Assembly (NCBI GenBank): GCA_013823565.1
Contig: PNMI01000010.1
Span: forward strand, 3,899-67,898
Reading direction: 5' to 3'
DNA from: Sphingobacteriaceae bacterium
Lineage (GTDB): Bacteria; Bacteroidota; Bacteroidia; B-17B0; Aurantibacillaceae
Length of the DNA: 64,000 nucleotides
In this document: positions 56,777 through 64,000 of the stretch, in pieces
Layout of the letters: each line of letters opens with the position of its first letter
How positions within the stretch are numbered: the first letter of the stretch is position 1
Position numbers and translations under genes: made by a program
Notes under the pieces: generated by a model
What the model was told of the DNA's origin: nothing
Database searches by the model: none
The model's input: the letters and a program-made list of their open reading frames with translations, nothing else

Positions 56777-56784
56777 TACATTTG
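56777..56784 (+). promoter_or_regulatory. Bacteroidota -7 promoter box (TAnnTTTG) of the atp operon
   Basis: TACATTTG lies 39 nt upstream of the atpB ATG. Confidence 0.4.
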
Positions 56785-56822
56785 CACCCGAATTTTAAAG
56801 CTTACAAATACCTTTTTTCGTA

Positions 56823-58037
56823 ATGACTAGTAAAATTAATACATACAAACGCTTTACAAGTATCTTTTTATTGATATTTTCCCTTTTTATTGGGTTTTCA
56901 AATAATTTATCAGCTTCAGAACCTCAGGAACATGAGGTAGATGCAACTCACGTTGAAGCAGATACACACGGTGGACATGAGGCTCACGAGGCTAATGGAC
57001 CTATTGATATTTCTGCTATTGCTTTAGAGCACGTTTCTGATTCTCATTCTTGGCATTTTTGGGGCGAAGGGCATGATGCGGTGGCTGCTCCATTACCAAT
57101 TATTTTAAAAGGAAATAATGGAATTGCATTTTTTATGTCTTCTGAATTTCACCATGATAATGAAGGAAAAGTAGTTGTTGAAAAAAACGGAGAGCGTTTC
57201 GTTATGTTTGAAGAGAAAATTTATTTTGCTAATGAAACTGCTAATGAATATGGACAATATGTTACATTAACTGCAGAAGAAAAAGAAGTAAGTGTTTCAA
57301 ATGCTACGCCATTAGACTTTTCAATCACTAAAAATGTCGCTCAAATGTTTATTTCGGTTTTTGTGATTTTATGGATTTTTATTTCAATTGCTAAAGCATA
57401 CAAAACACAAGGAGTTACATCTGCACCAAAAGGAAAACAATCTTTCTTTGAGCCATTAATTTTATTTGTGCGCGATGATATCGCTAAAGGAAATATTGGT
57501 CATGGATCTGAAAAATTTGTACCGTATTTATTGACGGTTTTCTTCATGATTTTAATTAATAACGTGTTTGGTATGATTCCAATTGGAGCAAACTTAACAG
57601 GTAATATTGCTTTCACATTAGTGTTATCAGTAGCTACGTTAATTGTAACAAACATTAATGGTAACAAAAATTACTGGTCTCATATTTTCTTGCCTCATGC
57701 ACCAAAAGCAATTTGGCCAATCTTAATTCCAATTGAGGTTGTAGGTATTTTAACTAAGCCATTTGCCTTAATGATGCGTTTATTTGCTAATATGACAGCA
57801 GGACACATTATCATTATTTCATTAGTAGGTTTAATATTCGTATTCAAAACAATTTATATTGCACCAGTATCTGTAGCCTTTGCTTTATTTATTGATGTGT
57901 TAGAGTGTTTAGTAGCATTTTTACAAGCATATGTATTCACCATGTTAACCGCTTTATTTATTGGTTCGGCAGTGGCTGACCATAACGAAGATGGCGCTCA
58001 TAATAGTGATGATAAAGCATTAGAAGCAGGACACTAA
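56823..58037 (+). CDS. atpB: F0F1 ATP synthase subunit a, with a long His-rich N-terminal extension
   Basis: 404 aa. The C-terminal ~240 aa is canonical subunit a (LMMRLFANMTAGH with the essential Arg). The first ~165 aa is an extra secreted/anchored region. Confidence 0.9.
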   Translation: MTSKINTYKRFTSIFLLIFSLFIGFSNNLSASEPQEHEVDATHVEADTHGGHEAHEANGPIDISAIALEHVSDSHSWHFWGEGHDAVAAPLPIILKGNNGIAFFMSSEFHHDNEGKVVVEKNGERFVMFEEKIYFANETANEYGQYVTLTAEEKEVSVSNATPLDFSITKNVAQMFISVFVILWIFISIAKAYKTQGVTSAPKGKQSFFEPLILFVRDDIAKGNIGHGSEKFVPYLLTVFFMILINNVFGMIPIGANLTGNIAFTLVLSVATLIVTNINGNKNYWSHIFLPHAPKAIWPILIPIEVVGILTKPFALMMRLFANMTAGHIIIISLVGLIFVFKTIYIAPVSVAFALFIDVLECLVAFLQAYVFTMLTALFIGSAVADHNEDGAHNSDDKALEAGH

Positions 58038-58066
58038 GATTTTAAAGATTAATTAATAACCAATAA

Positions 58067-58285
<219 letters not shown>

Positions 58286-58297
58286 TCTTCAACAAAC

Positions 58298-58334
58298 AAA
58301 CCAAAGCTATTACGGTTGGTAATGGCTTTGGTTT
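58298..58334 (+). other. long RNA stem-loop between atpE and atpF
   Basis: 16-bp stem (AAACCAAAGCTATTAC / GTAATGGCTTTGGTTT, one G-U) with a 5-nt loop. No clean T-run immediately after. Confidence 0.6.
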
Positions 58335-58385
58335 AAATTATTTTTATTTGGTAAACAAAGAGAGTACAACTAAAAACAACATAAA

Positions 58386-58898
58386 ATGAACTTATTTATT
58401 TTAGCAAGTTTAATCGAGCCAGCAGTTGGTTTAATATTTTGGACAACTATTACTTTTGTCTTATTACTAGTTTTATTAGGCAAATTTGCTTGGAAACCAA
58501 TTTTAAATGCTATCAAAACTCGTGAAAAAGGAATTGAAGATGCTTTAGCGAGCGCTGAAAATGCTTTAAACGATATGCGTGAGTTAAAATCTAATAATGA
58601 AAAGATTTTAGCAGAAGCTCGCGCTGAACGTGATAACTTATTAAAAGAAGCTCGTGATACTAAAGATGCTATCATTGCTGAAGCTAAAGCTAAATCTCAA
58701 GCAGAAGCTGATCGTATTATGTCATCTGCACGTGAGCAAATCACTAACGAAAAAAATGCTGCTGTTGCTGAATTAAAAAACCAAGTAGCTACTTTATCAA
58801 TTGAAATTGCTGAGAAAATTTTACGTAGCGAATTATCAAGTGATGATAAACAAAAAGCATTAGTAAACAACTTAATGAAAGACGTAAACCTTAACTAA
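58386..58898 (+). CDS. atpF: F0F1 ATP synthase subunit b
   Basis: 170 aa. One N-terminal TM, then a long Ala/Glu/Lys-rich helix. Confidence 0.9.
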   Translation: MNLFILASLIEPAVGLIFWTTITFVLLLVLLGKFAWKPILNAIKTREKGIEDALASAENALNDMRELKSNNEKILAEARAERDNLLKEARDTKDAIIAEAKAKSQAEADRIMSSAREQITNEKNAAVAELKNQVATLSIEIAEKILRSELSSDDKQKALVNNLMKDVNLN

Positions 58899-58900
58899 TC

Positions 58901-59440
58901 ATGATAGTTGCAACAAGATACGCGAAATCATTACTTGACTTATCAGTAGAGAAAGGCCAATTAGAGGCTGTGTATGCTGATATGATGCAAGTGCAAGGAA
59001 TTTGCGAACACTCAAGAGAATTAATAGTATTTTTAAATAGTCCTATTATTAATTCAGATAAGAAAATTGCTGTAATTAAAGCAGTTTTTGCAGGAAAATT
59101 TAATCCTATCACAGACGGTTTTTTGACAATTGTAGCTGCTAAAAGAAGAGAATCAATTATTCCTGCAATGGCAACTAGCTTTATCGAACAATATCGCTCA
59201 CACAAAAATATTTTAACGGCAGTAGTGACATCGGCTAACGGTTTGGATGCTGCTACAAAACAAAAAGCATTAGATTTAGTAAAATCTCAATTAAGCGGAG
59301 AAGTTGAATTAGTAGAGAAAGTAGACGCTAATATTATTGGAGGATTTATTTTAAAAATTGGCGATAAACAACTAGATAAATCAGTGGCTCGTCAGTTATC
59401 TAATATGAAGAAAGAATTAACAAACAAAGCATTAAATTAA
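58901..59440 (+). CDS. atpH: F0F1 ATP synthase subunit delta (OSCP)
   Basis: 179 aa. RYAKSLLDL N-terminus, IIGGFILKIGDKQLDKSV C-terminus. Confidence 0.9.
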   Translation: MIVATRYAKSLLDLSVEKGQLEAVYADMMQVQGICEHSRELIVFLNSPIINSDKKIAVIKAVFAGKFNPITDGFLTIVAAKRRESIIPAMATSFIEQYRSHKNILTAVVTSANGLDAATKQKALDLVKSQLSGEVELVEKVDANIIGGFILKIGDKQLDKSVARQLSNMKKELTNKALN

Positions 59441-59461
59441 TAAACAAAAACCATATCAATA

Positions 59462-61039
59462 ATGGCTGAAGTAAAACCAGCAGAAGTATCTGCAATTTTA
59501 AGACAACAATTATCAGGTTTCAAATCGGAAGCTGAATTAGAAGAAGTTGGAACTGTATTACAAGTAGGTGATGGTATCGCTCGTATTTACGGTTTATCTA
59601 AAGTTCAATCAGGTGAGTTGATTGAATTTGAAACAGGTTTACAAGGAATTGTATTAAACTTGGAAGAAGATAACGTAGGTGCCGTATTGTTAGGTGCAAG
59701 TACAGGAATTAGCGAAGGCTCTTCAGTAAAACGTACAGGACGTATTGCTTCTATCAATGTTGGTGAAGGCATGTTAGGTCGTGTAATCGATACTTTAGGA
59801 AATCCTATTGATGGTAAAGGACCTATTCAAGGAACGACTTATGAATTACCTTTAGAGCGTAAAGCTCCAGGTGTAATTTACCGTCAGCCAGTTACTGAGC
59901 CTTTACAAACAGGTATCAAAGCAATTGATGCGATGATTCCAATTGGACGTGGTCAACGTGAGTTAATCATTGGTGACCGTCAAACTGGTAAAACAACAGT
60001 TGCGTTAGATACAATCATTAATCAAAAAGAATTTTATGATGCAGGAAAACCTGTATTCTGTATATATGTAGCGATTGCTCAAAAAGGCTCTACTGTAGCG
60101 AACGTTGTTCGTACATTAGAAGAAAATGGTGCAATGGCATATACTGTAGTTGTTGCGGCTAACGCTTCTGATCCAGCTCCAATGCAATTCTACGCTCCAT
60201 TTGCTGGTGCTGCAGTGGGCGAATTCTTTAGAGATACTGGTCGTCCTGCATTAATCGTGTATGATGATTTATCTAAACAAGCAGTTGCTTACCGTGAGGT
60301 ATCATTATTATTACGTCGTCCTCCAGGACGTGAGGCTTATCCAGGTGACGTTTTCTACTTACACAGTCGTTTATTAGAACGTGCTGCTAAGATTAATGCT
60401 TCTGATGATATTGCTAAAAACATGAATGATTTACCTGAGTCGTTAAAACCGATTGTAAAAGGTGGTGGTTCATTAACAGCTTTACCAATCATCGAAACAC
60501 AAGCGGGTGACGTTTCTGCATATATTCCAACTAACGTAATTTCGATTACTGATGGACAAATTTTCTTAGAGTCTAATTTATTTAACTCTGGTGTTCGTCC
60601 AGCAATTAACGTAGGTATTTCGGTATCTCGTGTAGGTGGTAATGCTCAAATTAAATCAATGAAAAAAGTAGCAGGTACTTTAAAATTAGATCAAGCTCAA
60701 TACCGTGAGTTAGAGGCTTTCGCTAAATTCGGTTCTGACTTAGATGCTGCTACTAAATCAGTATTAGATAAAGGTGCTCGTAACGTGGAAATTTTAAAAC
60801 AAGCGAACGCATCTCCTTTACGTGTTGAACAACAAATTGCTATTATTTACTTAGGAACTAAAAACTTATTACGTAATGTTCCAGTAAATAGAGTAAGAGA
60901 GTTTGAAAAAGAATTCTTAGACGTTTGTGAGCGTAAAAACAAAGCAGAATTAGATGCTTTAAAAGCAGGTAAATTTGATGATTCGATTACAAGTGTGTTA
61001 GAAGCAACTGCAAAAGAATTATCAGCAAAATATAACTAA
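59462..61039 (+). CDS. atpA: F0F1 ATP synthase subunit alpha
   Basis: 525 aa. GDRQTGKT Walker [35 protein letters not shown]. Confidence 0.97.
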   Translation: MAEVKPAEVSAILRQQLSGFKSEAELEEVGTVLQVGDGIARIYGLSKVQSGELIEFETGLQGIVLNLEEDNVGAVLLGASTGISEGSSVKRTGRIASINVGEGMLGRVIDTLGNPIDGKGPIQGTTYELPLERKAPGVIYRQPVTEPLQTGIKAIDAMIPIGRGQRELIIGDRQTGKTTVALDTIINQKEFYDAGKPVFCIYVAIAQKGSTVANVVRTLEENGAMAYTVVVAANASDPAPMQFYAPFAGAAVGEFFRDTGRPALIVYDDLSKQAVAYREVSLLLRRPPGREAYPGDVFYLHSRLLERAAKINASDDIAKNMNDLPESLKPIVKGGGSLTALPIIETQAGDVSAYIPTNVISITDGQIFLESNLFNSGVRPAINVGISVSRVGGNAQIKSMKKVAGTLKLDQAQYRELEAFAKFGSDLDAATKSVLDKGARNVEILKQANASPLRVEQQIAIIYLGTKNLLRNVPVNRVREFEKEFLDVCERKNKAELDALKAGKFDDSITSVLEATAKELSAKYN

Positions 61040-61046
61040 CAAAAAT

Positions 61047-61072
61047 ATACCTAGCTGAAAAGCTAGGTATTT
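61047..61072 (+). other. stem-loop immediately after atpA (weak terminator or processing site)
   Basis: ATACCTAGC / GCTAGGTAT 9-bp stem with a 6-nt loop, followed only by TTGT. Confidence 0.5.
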
Positions 61073-61081
61073 GTACTCTAC

Positions 61082-62020
61082 ATGAAACAATTTATTATAA
61101 TACTTACTTTTTTAATTTCATTCACTGGTTTTTCACAAGAAAAAGCAGAGCTTTATACTGAATTAAAGAATAGTAAGTTATATGTTTTGATGTTTGATAC
61201 TACTGACGCCAGTTCAAATTCAAACCCTTTGTTAGCAGGTTATAATTACAATATTCGTGGAGTTTTCACTAAAGAAAGATGGAATTTTTGCCCAGTAGAA
61301 TTTGTATATTTTGATAAGTTAGAATCCTTTTTGCAAAATAATGGAGAGGCTTTTTTGATGATCCCCCTGGGATATATTTTTGAAGCAAAAAACATTCATG
61401 GAAATGGCGATAGAACCTCAATTACGTTTCAAGGTTATGTAGAAACTATCTCGGTTGCAAGTCGCATGTTGAAAATAGGTAAAGCAAAGAACCTAGTTTT
61501 TAGAAAAAAAATATTTGAAAAAAACGGACATGTAGATTTTACTAAAGATATTAAAATGGCCTCAATCTATTCTTTCAATGTGTTTAGTTTAACTATGTCT
61601 GTTGATTATTTGAATAAGTCTTTTTCTAAAGGTCTTTTATCAAAAGAGGAGTTAAAAGAGATGAAGGATCAAGAAAAGTCTAAGCCTCGTGTTTCTAATT
61701 CAGAAAATTTGAAAGCAAGGACATTATTGGTAAATGGTAAAATGTTGGATGGACTAAATGATGAGTTAATTTCTGCCGCCTTTGGTTATCCTATTAAAAT
61801 TACCACATATTCTGATATTAACGAGGCTATTAAAAACAAAAGATCAAATATCGCAATACTTCAAAGAATAATAATAAATCCTCAAACAGGAGCTCAAGCT
61901 TTGGTGATTTTTGATAATGATGAGTTTAAAAATCTTGGTTTTATTGAGGTGAAGCCTGACTTAGAGAAGTACAATAAAGAAATTTTCGAAAAACTTAAAA
62001 AAGCAGTAGACAAAGGATAA
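61082..62020 (+). CDS. secreted protein of unknown function inserted between atpA and atpG
   Basis: 312 aa. Signal peptide MKQFIIILTFLISFTGFSQ, no motif I recognise. The stop lies 1 nt before the atpG ATG. Confidence 0.6.
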   Translation: MKQFIIILTFLISFTGFSQEKAELYTELKNSKLYVLMFDTTDASSNSNPLLAGYNYNIRGVFTKERWNFCPVEFVYFDKLESFLQNNGEAFLMIPLGYIFEAKNIHGNGDRTSITFQGYVETISVASRMLKIGKAKNLVFRKKIFEKNGHVDFTKDIKMASIYSFNVFSLTMSVDYLNKSFSKGLLSKEELKEMKDQEKSKPRVSNSENLKARTLLVNGKMLDGLNDELISAAFGYPIKITTYSDINEAIKNKRSNIAILQRIIINPQTGAQALVIFDNDEFKNLGFIEVKPDLEKYNKEIFEKLKKAVDKG

Positions 62021-62021
62021 C

Positions 62022-62903
62022 ATGCCAAATTTAAAAGAAGTAAGAAATAGAATTGTATCCGTTGGTTCAACGATGCAGATTACAAGCGCCATGAAAATGG
62101 TGAGTGCTGCTAAATTGAAACGTGCGCAAGATGCAATTACGCAAATGCGTCCTTACGCTAACAAATTGCAGGAGATTTTACAAAATGTAAGTTCAAGTTT
62201 GGATACTTCCGAAAACGCTTACGCGCGCAAATCGGCTCCTAAAAATGTATTATTAATTGCGATTTCTTCTAATCGTGGATTAGCGGGAGGTTTTAATGCT
62301 AACGTGATTAAGAAAACATGGAGTTTAATTAATAAAGAGTATAGCGGAAGCACGATTACTGTTTTACCAATTGGTAAAAAAGTAACGGATGCATTTAAAC
62401 GTACTGATTACATCATTCATGGATCTCATTTACCACACAATGTAAACGAGGTATTTGATAATTTAACGTATGATAATGTTGCGCCAATTGCTGAAAGAGT
62501 AATGAACGCATTTGTATTAAAAGATTTTGATAAAGTAGTTTTAGTTTACAATCAGTTTAAAAATGCAGCTGTACAAATTGTACAAGATGAACAGTTTTTG
62601 CCTGTTGAAGCAACAGTATCTGCAAGTTCTACAAGTTCAAATACAGATTATATTTTCGAACCTAGTAAAGAGTTTATCGTTAGCGATTTAATTCCTCGTT
62701 CATTAAAAACACAATTCTATAAAGCCTTATTAGATTCATTAGCTTCTGAGCATGGTGCTCGTATGACAGCGATGCATAAAGCAACTGATAACGCTAAAGA
62801 TATGTTACGTGACTTGAAAATTAGTTATAACAAAGCTCGTCAAACAGCTATTACAACTGAGATTTTAGAAATCGTTGCTGGTGCCGAAGCATTAAACGGG
62901 TAA
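62022..62903 (+). CDS. atpG: F0F1 ATP synthase subunit gamma
   Basis: 293 aa. ITSAMKMVSAAKLKRAQ N-terminus, ITTEILEIVAGAEAL C-terminus. Confidence 0.95.
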   Translation: MPNLKEVRNRIVSVGSTMQITSAMKMVSAAKLKRAQDAITQMRPYANKLQEILQNVSSSLDTSENAYARKSAPKNVLLIAISSNRGLAGGFNANVIKKTWSLINKEYSGSTITVLPIGKKVTDAFKRTDYIIHGSHLPHNVNEVFDNLTYDNVAPIAERVMNAFVLKDFDKVVLVYNQFKNAAVQIVQDEQFLPVEATVSASSTSSNTDYIFEPSKEFIVSDLIPRSLKTQFYKALLDSLASEHGARMTAMHKATDNAKDMLRDLKISYNKARQTAITTEILEIVAGAEALNG

Positions 62904-62925
62904 ATAAAAAGTTTAACTTAATTTT

Positions 62926-62959
62926 AAAAAGCTTCTACAAATTTGTAGAAGCTTTTTTT
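62926..62959 (+). terminator. Rho-independent terminator of the atp operon
   Basis: GCTTCTACAA / TTGTAGAAGC stem followed by T7. Confidence 0.85.
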
Positions 62960-63069
62960 GTGTAAATAGAAATACTGTTTTTACAATTGTTTAACCTTAT
63001 GTTTTCGATAAAAGATGACAAAAAATCATTTTTAATGCTCACATTTGTACCCGAACTAAAAACACTATA

Positions 63070-63819
63070 ATGATTATTCTTTTATTTCTGACCTTGCACT
63101 GGTACTTATCTCTTTTCGGACAAACATTTTTCTTGCATAGATACAGCGCTCATAAAATGTTTACGATGAATAAATTTTGGGAAAAATTCTTTTATATTTT
63201 TTCATGGGTAACACAAGGCTCTTCTTATTTGAACGCCCGTGCTTATGCTATTTTACACCGTATGCATCATGCTTATAGTGATACCGAAAAAGACCCACAT
63301 ACGCCTCACTTTTTTAAAGACGTGTACACAATGATGATGCACACTAAAAAAATATATAATGATGTATTAAATAAACGTGTTGTTATTGAAGAAAAATTTG
63401 ATCGTAATTTTCCTGAATATCCTGCAATTGATAAAGTAGCAGATAGTTGGTTTACACGTATTGGCTTTGGTACATTATATTTTATCGTGTATTTATTAGT
63501 ATTTATTTATGTGCCAGGCTATCATTGGACCATATTTTTATTATTACCAATTCATTTTTTAATAGGGCCAATACAAGGCGCTATTGTAAACTGGGCAGGG
63601 CATAAATATGGCTACCGTAATTTTGAAGAAGGAGATAAATCGAAGAACACATTGCTTTGGGATGTTTTATTGATGGGAGAATTATTTCAAAACAATCATC
63701 ATCACGCTGGTGCTAAGCCAAATTTTGCAGCTAAGTGGTACGAATTTGATCCAACTTACCCGATTATTTTGTTTTTGGATAAAATTAAAGTGATAAAATT
63801 AGTGAGAGTAAGAAAGTAA
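63070..63819 (+). CDS. membrane fatty-acid (acyl-CoA/acyl-lipid) desaturase
   Basis: 249 aa. His boxes HRYSAH, HRMHHAYSD, QNNHHH. Confidence 0.85.
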   Translation: MIILLFLTLHWYLSLFGQTFFLHRYSAHKMFTMNKFWEKFFYIFSWVTQGSSYLNARAYAILHRMHHAYSDTEKDPHTPHFFKDVYTMMMHTKKIYNDVLNKRVVIEEKFDRNFPEYPAIDKVADSWFTRIGFGTLYFIVYLLVFIYVPGYHWTIFLLLPIHFLIGPIQGAIVNWAGHKYGYRNFEEGDKSKNTLLWDVLLMGELFQNNHHHAGAKPNFAAKWYEFDPTYPIILFLDKIKVIKLVRVRK

Positions 63820-63830
63820 AATTAAATGTA

Positions 63831-63862
63831 AAAAAACCTCTGTAAATTCTACAGAGGTTTTT
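63831..63862. terminator. bidirectional Rho-independent terminator
   Basis: ACCTCTGT / ACAGAGGT stem, with A6 before and T5 after. Confidence 0.8.
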
Positions 63863-63897
63863 TATTTCATACAAATCAATATAGTTTGGAGAATATT

Positions 63898-64000
63898 TTA
63901 TGCTACCTGTAATTGCGTTAACCTTGCATTTTTTAATTTCTCTAAAGCATATTCTAAAGTAATCGTTAAATTTTTAGGTGCTTTTTCGTCGCTTGGGGCG
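63898..64000 (-). CDS. C-terminal end of a CDS entering from beyond the window; product unknown
   Basis: Open minus-strand frame from the window edge (...APSDEKAPKNLTITLEYALEKLKNARLTQLQVA) to the stop at 63900..63898, followed by the terminator at 63831-63862. Confidence 0.3.
   Translation of the reverse strand, partial: APSDEKAPKNLTITLEYALEKLKNARLTQLQVA

Noticed and set aside
56588-56830. 80-aa ORF bridging the M23 gene's 3' end and the atp promoter region.
   Set aside because: It overlaps the M23 CDS out of frame and covers the atp promoter box. It has no motifs and an implausible composition.

Overview
AT-rich chromosomal segment (G+C about one third by eye, not computed). It is most consistent with a Bacteroidota, Flavobacteriia-like, genome: there is a T9SS C-terminal sorting domain protein, a SprE/PorW-like TPR lipoprotein, an AtpZ/bactofilin cluster, TAnnTTTG-type promoter boxes, an atpBEFHAG operon without atpDC, and many SpoIIE/PP2C sensor proteins. 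All family calls come from reading motifs in the supplied translations; no searches were run.

The window is mostly housekeeping:
- lgt, trmB, pyk, pepP, sucAB, pgk
- hemA, hemC/D (fused) and hemB
- acs, gcdH-like, kbl, tRNA-Leu(TAG), the F1Fo ATPase operon and a desaturase
- two ECF sigma/anti-sigma pairs, a LemA-TPM-TPM operon, ComEC plus Smr, and many Rho-independent hairpins

I saw no transposase, integrase, phage genes or CRISPR array.

The best candidate for an undescribed system is at 20105-23314. It is a partner-switch-like trio: a tandem-duplicated SiaB-like GHKL kinase, a DUF1987/SiaC-like 125-aa protein, and a convergent membrane PP2C phosphatase. No diguanylate-cyclase output is present. 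A second sensor-PP2C paralog lies at 38634-42053.

Other items worth a second look:
- a transaldolase/FSA-fold enzyme fused to a KdsD-type CBS pair, with an altered active-site motif
- an anti-sigma factor fused to a trypsin-like protease
- a barrel-less TonB plug protein
- an unknown secreted-protein gene wedged between atpA and atpG
- a 7-TM gene inside the hem cluster
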